Shown: positions 20,635-29,877 of the stretch, in pieces
Layout: each line of letters opens with the position of its first letter
Numbering within the stretch: position 1 is the first letter of the stretch
Origin: an uncultured Acidobacteriota bacterium
GTDB taxonomy: Bacteria > Acidobacteriota > Thermoanaerobaculia > UBA5066 > Gp7-AA6
Reading direction: 5' to 3'
DNA length: 64,000 nucleotides
Assembly: GCA_963708395.1 (NCBI GenBank)
Contig: CAVPSG010000001.1
Coordinates: 62,406 to 126,405, forward strand
The notes under the pieces: model-generated
Seen by the model: only the letters and a program-made list of their open reading frames with translations
Databases searched by the model: none
What the model was told of the DNA's origin: nothing
Translations under genes and position numbers: made by a program

Positions 20635-22238
20635 ATGAGGCAGCTCGCCGCCATCGACATCGGAACCAACAGCATCAAGCTGCTGATCGCCTCCGTCGAA
20701 GAGGACGGATCGCTGCAGGTGATGTCGCGCGAGAAGTCCCTGGTGCGCCTGGGCAGCGAGACCCTCGCCACGGGCCGCCTGTCGGACGAGGCCATCGAGG
20801 CGGGGGTCGGAGGCCGTCGAGCAGTTCCTCCGTTCGATCCAGGCGGCCGGGGCGGATCTCGTCCGGGCCGTGGCGACCTGCGCCGTGCGGGAGGCCTCCA
20901 ACTCGGCGGCCTTCCTCGAGGCCGTCCGCCGGCGGACGGGCGTCACGGTCGACGTCGTCTCGGGCGAAGAGGAGGCGCGGCTCATCAACCTCGGCGTGCG
21001 CAGCGAGTTCCCGGCGCGTTTCGACCCGCTCTTCCTCATCGACATCGGCGGCGGCTCGACGGAATTCGTCATCTCGGAGGGCTCCCGGGTCCAAATGACG
21101 GAGAGCCTGCCGCTCGGCGTGGTCCGGCTGGCCGACCGGTACCTTCGCGACGATCCGCCGAGCGAGCGCGACCGCAAGGCGATCAAAAAGGCGATCCGCG
21201 CCGTCGCCAAGCGCGCGACCGACGCCGTCCGCAAGACCGGCTTCAAGACGTGCGTCGGCTCTTCGGGCACGATCCAGTCGCTCTCCCTGGTCCACGAGGC
21301 GGCGGTCCTGGGACGCGAGGCGACGCCCACGGGCCACCGGACGCTGACGCGCGATGGGCTGAGGAAGGTCAACCGCCTGCTGCGACGGACGACGGCGCGC
21401 GAGAAGCTGCGCATCCCCGGCCTCGATCCACGCCGCCGCGACATCGCCGTGCCGGGAGGGACGCTCCTGGCCTGGATCCTGAAGCGGAGCGGCGCCAAGG
21501 CGATCGTCGTCGGGCGAGCGGGGCCTGCGGGAGGGCATCCTCCTCGACCACGTCGCGCGGCAGGGACAGAAACGGGTCCTCGACCGGGACGTCCGGGCCC
21601 GCTCGATCGACCGGCTGCTCCGGCGCGGCAACGCCGAGGTGCTGCATGCGGCCCACGTGGCGCGGCTCGCGCTCGAGATCTTCGACCACGCCCACCCGCT
21701 CCATCAGCTGTCGGCGACCGAGCGGGAGTGGCTGCAGTACGGGGCGCTGCTGCACGACATCGGCTGCCACATCGGATACGCGAAGCACCAGCGGCACTCC
21801 TACTACCTCATCACGCACGGGGACCTGACGGGGTTCTCGTCGGACGAGGTCGAGGTCCTCGCCTCGATCGCGCGGTACCACAAGGGCGGCGGCCCGAAGG
21901 GACGCCACGAGAACTGGCGGCGCCTCGACCCGTACCTGCGGCCGGTGGTCGAGAAGCTGGCGGCGATCGTGCGCATCGCCGACGGCCTCGACCGCAGCCA
22001 CCGGCAACTCGTGACCGGCGTCGAGTGCCGACATCCGGCTCGCGGCGCGTCGAGGTGACCGCCGTCGGCCCGCGGCGACTGCGAGGCGGAGCTCGTCGGC
22101 CGCGCGCGACAAGGCGGATCTCTTCGAACGAGTCTTCGACCGGAAGATCGTCGTTCCGCGCCGATCCCGGCGGAGCGCGAGGAGAAGGTTCATCAGAAAG
22201 ACCTGGAAATCCTCTCGGCCGAGGCGCTCTGGGGCTAG
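20635..22238 (+). CDS. ppx: Exopolyphosphatase Ppx/GppA with HD domain (indels)
   Basis: AAIDIGTNSIKL, ATCAVREASN, SGEEEARL, IDIGGGSTEF, ALLHDIG, RIADGLDRSH. Confidence 0.92.
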
Positions 22239-22268
22239 GCGTCAGAACGTCATGAGCGGGGGAGCATC

Positions 22269-22937
22269 GTGAAAGAGCATTTTTCGGAGCAGCTCGAGGA
22301 TTTGCGGCGCAACCTGATTCTTCTCGGCGGCGAAGTCGAGCGCCAGATCCAGCACGCCATCGAGGCGCTGATCGAGGCCGACGAGAAAAAGGCGGAGGAA
22401 GTGATCGCCTCCGACGAGGAGATCGACCGGATGGAGATGATGGTGGAGGAGCAGGCGGTGCAGCTCCTCGCCCTCCAGCAGCCGGTCGCCGTGGACCTCC
22501 GATTCCTCGTCGCGGCGCTGAAGATCAACAACGACCTCGAGCGCATCGGCGATCACGCCGTCAACATCGCCGAGGGCGCGCAACGCCTCTCCGGCCAGCG
22601 GCCGTTCAAGCCCTTCATCGACATCCCGTACATGGCGGACGTGGCCATGTCGATGCTCAAGCAGTCGCTCGACGCCTTCGTCAACCGCGACGCCGAGCTC
22701 GCCAAGAAGGTCATCAAGAAGGACGACATCCTCGACGAGAAGAACGTCTCCATCATCCGCGAGCTCCTGACCTACATGGCGGAGCACCCGTCGCTCATCA
22801 CCTACTGCCTCGAGCTCATCTCGATCTCCAAGAATCTCGAGCGGGTGGGCGACCTCGCGACGAACATCTGCGAGGACACGATCTTCATCGCCGAAGCGCG
22901 GTGGGTGAAACACCACGCGACCGAGCTGACGCCCTAG
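22269..22937 (+). CDS. phoU: Phosphate signalling protein PhoU
   Basis: QQPVAVDLR..NDLERIGDHAVNIAE..NLERVGDLATNICE. Confidence 0.97.
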   Translation: MKEHFSEQLEDLRRNLILLGGEVERQIQHAIEALIEADEKKAEEVIASDEEIDRMEMMVEEQAVQLLALQQPVAVDLRFLVAALKINNDLERIGDHAVNIAEGAQRLSGQRPFKPFIDIPYMADVAMSMLKQSLDAFVNRDAELAKKVIKKDDILDEKNVSIIRELLTYMAEHPSLITYCLELISISKNLERVGDLATNICEDTIFIAEARWVKHHATELTP

Positions 22938-22966
22938 CCGGCTGCGGACGACCGCGCGGACGCTGC

Positions 22967-24253
22967 GTGACGTTTCTCTGGGGCGTCGCGACTTCCGCGT
23001 ATCAGATCGAGGGCGCTCCCGAGAACGACTGGACCGCCTGGGAGGCGGACGGCCGCCTGAAGCCGGGCGCCGCTCGGTGCGGCGAGGGGTCAGGCCACCG
23101 GAGGCGCTGGGAAGCCGACCTGGGCCTTCTTCCGTCGCTCGGGGCAAACGCCTATCGCTACTCCGTCGAGTGGAGCCGGATCGAGCCGCGTCCGGGCGAG
23201 TTCGACGCGCGCGCGCTCGAGGTCGAGCGGCGCCGCGTCCGGGTCCTCGAGCGTCTCGGCGTCGAGCCCGTCGTCACGCTTTCGCACTACACGCATCCGC
23301 TCTGGTTCTGGCGCGAAGGGGGATGGGAGAGCCGCGAGAGCGTCGGACGGTTCGCCCGCTTCGCGGCCCGCGTGGCGGAGGCGCTTTCGCCGCACGTGCG
23401 GATCTGGGTGACCCTGAACGAGCCGGTCGTGCTGCTCCTCGGCGGCTACCTGGCCGGCCTCATTCCGCCGGGACACCGCAGCTTCGCGCGGTCGGCGAAG
23501 GCGCTCGAGCACATGCTGACGGCGCACGTGGAGGCCGTGGCGGCGATCCGCGCCCGGGACGCCGGCGCCCGGGCCCTCATCGCGCACAACATGCTCGATT
23601 TTGCGCCGGACCGACCGGGCCATGCGGTGGACCGCCGCCTCACGTCGGAGGGCCGCGCGCTCTACAACACGATGCTCCTCGAAGCCCTCGCCACGGGGCG
23701 CGTGCGCTGGTCGTTCCCGGGAGAGGGCCGCGCCGTCTTCCGCGTCGATGGCCTGCCGGAGGCGAACGATTTTGTGGGCGTGAACTATTACAGCCGCGTG
23801 CACCTGCGTTTCCGCGGGCTGCCCGGCCGCGTCGGCGAGTTCTTCTACCGTGACCGGCGGGGGCGCGGGCTCACCCAGATGGGCTGGGAGATTCATCCCG
23901 AAGGCTTCGAGAGCGTCCTCTCGGCGGCTGCCGAGACCGGCCGCCCGATTCTCGTGACGGAGAACGGCGTCGCGACGGGCGACGACCGCGTCCGCCAAGA
24001 TTTCCTGCGCGAGCACGTCTTCGTCCTCGCTCACGCGCGCCGCAAGGGGCTCGACGTCCGCGGGTACTTCCACTGGTCCCTGCTCGACAACTTCGAGTGG
24101 CTCGAAGGCCTGCACCCCCGGTTCGGGCTCTTCGAAGTGGACTACGCGACGTTCCGCCGCCGGCGGCGCCCGTCGGCGGATCTCTTTGCGGCGCTCGGGC
24201 GCGAGCTCATTCCGGGAGCGGCCGGCGAATCATCCGCCGCTTCTCGAACGTGA
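22967..24253 (+). CDS. Glycoside hydrolase family 1
   Basis: FLWGVATSAYQIEG, YRYSVEWSRIEP, TLNEP acid/base, VTENG nucleophile, WSLLDNFEW. Confidence 0.93.
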   Translation: MTFLWGVATSAYQIEGAPENDWTAWEADGRLKPGAARCGEGSGHRRRWEADLGLLPSLGANAYRYSVEWSRIEPRPGEFDARALEVERRRVRVLERLGVEPVVTLSHYTHPLWFWREGGWESRESVGRFARFAARVAEALSPHVRIWVTLNEPVVLLLGGYLAGLIPPGHRSFARSAKALEHMLTAHVEAVAAIRARDAGARALIAHNMLDFAPDRPGHAVDRRLTSEGRALYNTMLLEALATGRVRWSFPGEGRAVFRVDGLPEANDFVGVNYYSRVHLRFRGLPGRVGEFFYRDRRGRGLTQMGWEIHPEGFESVLSAAAETGRPILVTENGVATGDDRVRQDFLREHVFVLAHARRKGLDVRGYFHWSLLDNFEWLEGLHPRFGLFEVDYATFRRRRRPSADLFAALGRELIPGAAGESSAASRT

Positions 24254-25028
24254 CGTAGGTCGCGACGCCGCATTCGCGCGCGAGCGCGAGCGTGCGCTCG
24301 TAGCCCCAGCCGACTTCGGCCGGCGCATGCGCGTCCGAGGAGAAAGTCACGGGCACGCCCGCCGCGACGAGGCGTTGCAGGAGTCGCGGCTCCGGATAGG
24401 CCTCGCCGACGGGCTTGCGCAGTCCCGCGGACGAGATCTCGACGGCGCATCCGGCCTCGCGGACGGCGGCGATCGCTTCGTCCTCGGCCTCCTCGAGCGC
24501 CCGCGCCGGGCGGTGGCCGTGCTTCTTCGGGAGGTCGAAGTGCGTCAGGACGTCGAAGAGACGCGTGCGCGCGGCCTTCGCGAGCAGGCGGTAGTACTCC
24601 GCGTACAGCCGCTCCGCGCCCTCGGAGGCGAAGCGGTGCGAAGCGGACTCGGGCGCATCGATCCAGTCGCCCGCGACCCAGTGGACCGAGCCGAGGACGA
24701 GATCCCAGTCGGCGCGCGCGAGCCATCCCGCGAGCGCTTCCTCGTGTCCCTCGGCGTAGTCGGCCTCGAGGCCGAGGCGGACCGGGATTCGCCCGGCAAA
24801 CTCGGCGCCGAGCGCACGGACCTCCGCGACGTAGCCGTCGAACTGATCCTCCCGCATCGCGAGCTTCGGATCGCGCGCGCCGGCCGGGAGGAAATAGAGC
24901 GGGACGTGGTCCGTGAACCCGATCTCGCCCAGCCCGCGCGCGATCGCCTTGAGGACGAAATCGCGCGAGGCGCCTCCGGCATGTCCGCACCGGAACGTGT
25001 GGACGTGGTAGTCGGGGAGGCCCTTCAC
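24207..25028 (-). CDS. Histidinol-phosphatase HisJ-type PHP protein
   Basis: DYHVHTFRCGHA, GFTDH, GLEADY, GSVH, THFDLPKK, SSDAH. Confidence 0.88.
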   Translation of the reverse strand: MKGLPDYHVHTFRCGHAGGASRDFVLKAIARGLGEIGFTDHVPLYFLPAGARDPKLAMREDQFDGYVAEVRALGAEFAGRIPVRLGLEADYAEGHEEALAGWLARADWDLVLGSVHWVAGDWIDAPESASHRFASEGAERLYAEYYRLLAKAARTRLFDVLTHFDLPKKHGHRPARALEEAEDEAIAAVREAGCAVEISSAGLRKPVGEAYPEPRLLQRLVAAGVPVTFSSDAHAPAEVGWGYERTLALARECGVATYVTFEKRRMIRRPLPE

Positions 25029-25043
25029 CGCTTGGAAGGCTGT

Positions 25044-25997
25044 TCAGCCGCGCTCGGCCAGGACCTGGCGCGCGAACGTCTTCGGATCGGCCTCGAAGAG
25101 GTTCGATCCGCGGTCGATCAGCTCGGCCGACCGCCCGGCGGCGAGGCCGCCGATCGTCGCGAGCAAGTGGGGCGCCGCGGGAATCGCGCCCTCGTCGCGG
25201 CGGCGTTCGATCTCGCGCGCCAGCACCGAGAGGTCGGTGACGTTCCCGAGATCGCGCGTGAGACTCCCGAGCGCCTTCTCCCGCGCCTGCAGCTCCCGCG
25301 TTCCCGCCGAAGCCACGAGCTCGACGGCGTACCGGAGCTCCTTCAGCCTCTTGCGCCACTCGTGGAAGTCCTCGACGGCGCGGCTTTCCTTCGCCTGCGT
25401 GAGAGCCCGGCGCTCTCGGCGCCGGAGCCGCATCAGGCCGCGCTCGAGGTCGTGGGCGGAAAACGCGGGCTCGAGGCAGGTGTCGAGAACCGCCGGCAGC
25501 GACGCCACTGACGCGAGGCCGCGCCGGAGCGCCTCCGAAGCGTCGCGGCGCGAGCGGCGCTGGTCGAGCTCGAACGACACCGCGATCGCGTGCCGGGCCA
25601 GATCGTCCTCCGGAACCGGGGGCAGCGCGGTGAGCGTGCTTTGCAGCACGTCGGCGTCGCGGAACGGCCCCGTGACCTCGAACGCCTCGCGAAGCTTGCG
25701 ACGCAGGCCCCGTTCGGCATGGCGGCCCAGCGCGGGGGAAAGCAGAGCGATCACCGCCCGGGCGCGGCGGAGCGACTTGCGGTACTCGTGAACGGCCTCG
25801 ACGGAGTCCTCGGCGGTGCGGCGGGCGACGCGCCGCGTCACCCCGAGCACGCGTGCGAATGCCGTCACGATCCCTTCCCGCAGGGGGCGCCGGCGCGGGA
25901 GCCGGAGCTTGCTCGCGGGCTTCCGACGCGCGGGCTTCGGATCGGCATCCCTGTCGGAGTGCGCCGGGTGGGCTCGGGGGACCTGCTCGCTCGCCAT
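25044..25997 (-). CDS. CHAD-domain (polyphosphate-binding) protein
   Basis: EAVHEYRKSLRRARA, RDADV, FHEWRKRLKELRYAVE, LGNVTDL. Confidence 0.9.
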   Translation of the reverse strand: MASEQVPRAHPAHSDRDADPKPARRKPASKLRLPRRRPLREGIVTAFARVLGVTRRVARRTAEDSVEAVHEYRKSLRRARAVIALLSPALGRHAERGLRRKLREAFEVTGPFRDADVLQSTLTALPPVPEDDLARHAIAVSFELDQRRSRRDASEALRRGLASVASLPAVLDTCLEPAFSAHDLERGLMRLRRRERRALTQAKESRAVEDFHEWRKRLKELRYAVELVASAGTRELQAREKALGSLTRDLGNVTDLSVLAREIERRRDEGAIPAAPHLLATIGGLAAGRSAELIDRGSNLFEADPKTFARQVLAERG

Positions 25998-26031
25998 GGC
26001 GACGGAATCTTATCGCCGGCCCTCGCGGGAA

Positions 26032-26053
26032 TTTCACCCGGCCTTCGATCCCC
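26032..26053 (+). promoter_or_regulatory. Pho-box-like pair upstream of the ABA-domain gene and sthA
   Basis: TTTCACCCGGC / CTTCGATCCCC with 11-bp period. Confidence 0.45.
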
Positions 26054-26101
26054 CCGAAACGCCGGCGTGGTTCGATTCGTTTCGATGCACAGGAGGCTGC
26101 G

Positions 26102-26428
26102 ATGCCCGCTTCCGCCGGTCCTGGACTCGATCTCGAGATTGCTTCGGGAGTTCTCGGGGACCGCACCCCGCGCGTCCCGGCGTACTCGACGGAAAACGCG
26201 GCGGCCGATCTTCTTCTGTGGCGTCTGGCGCAGGCGGGCGTCGCCTTCCGCGTCCAATGGCTCGACGGGAACCACTTCTGTGTTCTCTGGAAGGAGTCGC
26301 AGCGCGGCGCCGCAACGGGCAGCGCGGCCAGCCGGCCGCTCGCGATCTGCCGTGCGGCGCTTGAGCTCTTCCGCGGTTCCGCCGCGCCCGCGTCCGAAGA
26401 CTTTCCACTCGAAGCGCAGCGGTTCTGA
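26102..26428 (+). CDS. Small protein resembling the phage ABA-sandwich domain
   Basis: AGGAGG RBS; AGPGLDLEIA..PAYST..AAA..PLAICRAAL. Confidence 0.6.
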   Translation: MPASAGPGLDLEIASGVLGDRTPRVPAYSTENAAADLLLWRLAQAGVAFRVQWLDGNHFCVLWKESQRGAATGSAASRPLAICRAALELFRGSAAPASEDFPLEAQRF

Positions 26429-26467
26429 TCGCGGCCGGCTCGGATAGACTCCGCGCCGGTTTCCGCG

Positions 26468-27853
26468 ATGGACACGCAGAGCTTCGACCTCGTCGTCATC
26501 GGCTCGGGTCCGGCCGGGCAGAAGGGCGCCATCGCGGCCGCCAAGCTCGGCAAGCGCGCTGCGATCATCGACCGCAAGGAAATGATCGGCGGCGTCTGTC
26601 TCCACACGGGCACGATTCCGTCCAAGACGCTGCGCGAGGCGATCCTCTATCTCAGCGGGTTTCAGCAGCGATCCTTCTACGGACGCGATTACTCGCTCAA
26701 GGACTCGATCGCCATGTCGGATCTGTCGTTCCGGATCCAGACGGTGATGGCGCGCGAGCTGGAGGTCGTGCGCGCGCAGCTCAAGCGCAACGGGGTCGTC
26801 ACCTTCAACGGGACGGCATGCTTTGCGGATCCGCACACGCTGCAGGTGGAGAACAGCGAGGGCACGGTTCTGGTGAAAGCGGACCACGTTCTCATCGCCT
26901 GCGGCACCCGGCCGGCGCACAGCGCCGCGATTCCCCTGGACGGGAAGCGCGTCATCGATTCCGACCAGCTGGGTCAGGTCGAGCGCATGCCCCGCGACCT
27001 GATCGTCGTGGGTGCGGGAGTCATCGGCCTCGAGTACGCCTCGATGCTGACGGCGCTGAACATCAAGGTCACGCTCGTCGAGCAGCGTCCGACGATTCTC
27101 GATTTCGTCGACCGCGAGCTGATCGACGCGCTCTGCTATTTCATGCGGCAGCGGGGCGCGACGTTCCGCCTCGGCGAGAAAGTCGTCTCGGTTGGGACGG
27201 ACGCGAGGTCGCGGGTCGTCGCGTTGCTCGAGAGCGGAAAGGAAGTTCACGGCGACGCGCTGCTTTACACGGTCGGCCGCCAGACGAACGCGGACCTCCT
27301 GAACCTTCCGGCCGCGGGGCTTTCCGCCGACGAACGGGGCCGGATCGCCGTGGACCAGGGATTCCGAACCGCCGTGCCGCACATCTTCGCCGCAGGCGAC
27401 GTGATCGGGTTTCCGGCGCTCGCCGCGACCTCGATGGAGCAGGGACGGCTGGCGACGTGCTCGATGTTCGGCGTCGCCTGCAAGAGCTACCCGGACGTCT
27501 TTCCCTACGGCATCTACACGATTCCCGAGATCTCGATGGTCGGCGCCAACGAACAGCAACTCACGGAGAAGCGCGTTCCGTACGAGGTGGGCCAGGCCAA
27601 GTACGTCGAGCTCGCGAAGGGACAGATGGTCGGCGCCGAGGTAGGACAGCTCAAGGTGCTCTTCCACCGGGAGACGCTCAAGCTGCTGGGCGTCCATGCG
27701 ATCGGGGACGGCGCGACGGAGATCATCCACATCGGCCAGGCCGTGCTCTCGTTCGGAGGCACGATCGAGTACTTTCGCGACTCGGTCTTCAACTACCCGA
27801 CGTTCGCCGAGGCCTACAAGGTCGCCGGCCTGGACGGCCTGAACAAGCTCTAG
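26468..27853 (+). CDS. sthA: Soluble pyridine nucleotide transhydrogenase
   Basis: GSGPAGQKGA, GGVCLHTGTIPSKTLREA (CxxxxT), GIYTIPEIS, FNYPTFAEAYKVA. Confidence 0.93.
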   Translation: MDTQSFDLVVIGSGPAGQKGAIAAAKLGKRAAIIDRKEMIGGVCLHTGTIPSKTLREAILYLSGFQQRSFYGRDYSLKDSIAMSDLSFRIQTVMARELEVVRAQLKRNGVVTFNGTACFADPHTLQVENSEGTVLVKADHVLIACGTRPAHSAAIPLDGKRVIDSDQLGQVERMPRDLIVVGAGVIGLEYASMLTALNIKVTLVEQRPTILDFVDRELIDALCYFMRQRGATFRLGEKVVSVGTDARSRVVALLESGKEVHGDALLYTVGRQTNADLLNLPAAGLSADERGRIAVDQGFRTAVPHIFAAGDVIGFPALAATSMEQGRLATCSMFGVACKSYPDVFPYGIYTIPEISMVGANEQQLTEKRVPYEVGQAKYVELAKGQMVGAEVGQLKVLFHRETLKLLGVHAIGDGATEIIHIGQAVLSFGGTIEYFRDSVFNYPTFAEAYKVAGLDGLNKL

Positions 27854-27878
27854 AAGGCGCGTCTCGCGGCTCCCGCCG

Positions 27879-27911
27879 CTTCACCCGGATCTCACGCGAT
27901 CTTTCCGCGGC
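27879..27911 (+). promoter_or_regulatory. Pho-box-like array upstream of the PHP-GT21 operon
   Basis: CTTCACCCGGA / TCTCACGCGAT / CTTTCCGCGGC with 11-bp period. Confidence 0.65.
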
Positions 27912-27964
27912 CCTTTCGCGGACCTCGGCAAGTCTTCTCGCCCGGCGAGGACAATCCGAATCGG

Positions 27965-28684
27965 GTGGCGAGCATGTTGCTTTGCGATTTTCACGTCCAC
28001 ACGACGTACTCGGACGGGGTGCTCCCCTTGCCGGAGGTCGTCGACCTGTTCGGGCGCTCGGGCCACGACGTCATCGCAATCACGGACCACATCGTCAACC
28101 GGGACAACGGGCTCGGCCGCATCGCGCACGCCATGCGGCGGTCGCTCGATCCCGAGAGCTGGAAAAGGTACCGCGACGAGATCGCCCGCGAGGCCGATCG
28201 GGCGTGGAGGAGCTACGGGATGCTGGTCCTCCCCGGGGCGGAGCTGACCCGGAACACGATCAATCGCGACACGTCCGTCCATGTCCTCGCGCTCGGGCTC
28301 GGCGAGTACATGCCCGCCGACGGCGATCCGATCGAGATGCTCAAGGAAGTCCGGGCGCGCGGCGCCGTGTCGGTCGCGTGCCACCCGCACGAGATGAGCG
28401 AGTTCTACGCGAACACCTGGTACCTCTGGAATCGACGGCGGATCGTCGACAAGCTCGTGGACCTCTGGGAGGTCGGCTGCCGCTGGGACCTCTTTCCGGT
28501 GGTCTCGCGCGAGAAGCTTCCGCATCTCGCCAACAGCGACTTCCACCGGCCCGAGCATCTCTACGCCTGGAAGACGCTGCTCCGGGCGGAGAAGACGGTC
28601 GCGGGCGTCCTCTTCGCGCTGCGGCGCGCGACGGGGATCGGCGTGATGCGCCTGACGCCCGACGCCGTGGCGGCCTCGGCATGA
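27965..28684 (+). CDS. PHP-domain metallophosphoesterase
   Basis: CDFHVHTTYSDG, AITDH, GAELT, HVLA, CHPH, NSDFH. Confidence 0.88.
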   Translation: MASMLLCDFHVHTTYSDGVLPLPEVVDLFGRSGHDVIAITDHIVNRDNGLGRIAHAMRRSLDPESWKRYRDEIAREADRAWRSYGMLVLPGAELTRNTINRDTSVHVLALGLGEYMPADGDPIEMLKEVRARGAVSVACHPHEMSEFYANTWYLWNRRRIVDKLVDLWEVGCRWDLFPVVSREKLPHLANSDFHRPEHLYAWKTLLRAEKTVAGVLFALRRATGIGVMRLTPDAVAASA

Positions 28685-29877
28685 TGCCGGCCGCCTTCTT
28701 CCTCGCCGCGCTCGGGCTCTCGGTGCTTCTGCACGCCGTGGCGGTCGCCGCGCTCTTCCGGCATCGCCGCCGCGCACGCCGGCTCGCGTCTCCCCATCCC
28801 GCGCCGATGGTGTCGATCGTCAAGCCGCTCTGCGGGCTCGATGCGGAGCTCGAGGAGAACCTCGCATCGTTCCTCCGCCTCGACTATCCGTCCTTCGAGA
28901 TCGTCTTCTCTTTCGCCTCGGCCGAGGACCCGGCGTTCTCAACCGCACGGCGCATCGCCGATCGATTTCCGCTCGTTCCCACGGTGTTCGTCGTGGACGG
29001 ACGGGAGCCGGGGCGCAACGCCAAGGTCAATCGCCTCGACGCGGCGCTGCGGCGCGCCCGGGGAACACTCTTTCTCTTCTCCGACGGCGACGTGCGCGTC
29101 CGGCCGGATTTCCTTCGCCACGTCGTGCCGGAGATGGCGGATCCGTCGGTCGGGCTCGTGTCGTGCCTCTTCCGGTCGGTCCGCGCGGCGTCGCTCGCCT
29201 CTCGGCTCGAGTCGCTCTATCTCGACGGCGTGCTGCGGCCCGCGACCGCGGCCGTCGCCGGCGTCCTGCGGATGCCCTGCGTCGTCGGCAAGTCGATCCT
29301 GATCTCGCGCCCCGCGCTGATCGCGATCGGCGGCATGCGGCCGCTGCGCGACCACCTGGCCGAGGACTTTCTTCTCGGAAAGCTGACCGAGAAGGCGGGA
29401 TACCGCGCCGTCCTCTCGTCCGAGGAGATCCGGACCGTCGCCGGCGCGCGCACGCTCTCCGCGGTTTGGCAGCGGCACCGCCGCTGGTCCATCCTGAGGC
29501 AGCGCCTCGGCGGACTGTCCTACGTCTCGGAGCTCTTCTCGAGCCCGTTGCCCTTCGTCATCGGAGCCGCCGCGACGAGCGGCGGCGATCCGCGAATCCT
29601 CGCGGCGGTGCTCGGTCTCGGGCTCGCGCGCCTCGGAACGGAGGCGCTGGCGCTCGCGGACGGTCCGGAGCGAATCGGTCTCGCGCAGCTTCTCGTCCTC
29701 CTGCCGCTGCGCGACCTCGGCGCCGCGGCGCTCTTCTGGGCGGGACTCTTCGGCCGCCGCACGCGCTGGCGCGGACGGCGGCTCTGGGTGGGGAAGGAGA
29801 CCCTTCTGCGGGACGAGAAAGAAGGGAAGGGGACGGGACGCCGGGCGGCCGCCCTCGCGCCGATCGCGGCGCGCTAG
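28681..29877 (+). CDS. GT21/GT2 glycosyltransferase (ceramide glucosyltransferase / HpnI-like)
   Basis: N-terminal TM; KPLCGLD, NAKVNRL, SDGDV, LAEDF, RHRRW; C-terminal TMs; WRGRR; ATGA overlap with the PHP gene. Confidence 0.88.
   Translation: MMPAAFFLAALGLSVLLHAVAVAALFRHRRRARRLASPHPAPMVSIVKPLCGLDAELEENLASFLRLDYPSFEIVFSFASAEDPAFSTARRIADRFPLVPTVFVVDGREPGRNAKVNRLDAALRRARGTLFLFSDGDVRVRPDFLRHVVPEMADPSVGLVSCLFRSVRAASLASRLESLYLDGVLRPATAAVAGVLRMPCVVGKSILISRPALIAIGGMRPLRDHLAEDFLLGKLTEKAGYRAVLSSEEIRTVAGARTLSAVWQRHRRWSILRQRLGGLSYVSELFSSPLPFVIGAAATSGGDPRILAAVLGLGLARLGTEALALADGPERIGLAQLLVLLPLRDLGAAALFWAGLFGRRTRWRGRRLWVGKETLLRDEKEGKGTGRRAAALAPIAAR

Noticed and set aside
24207-24253. 47-nt convergent overlap of the GH1 and HisJ-type genes
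   Set aside because: Short 3' overlaps are common in compact high-GC genomes
26102-26428. Prophage remnant
   Set aside because: A single phage-type domain with no integrase, structural genes or att sites nearby
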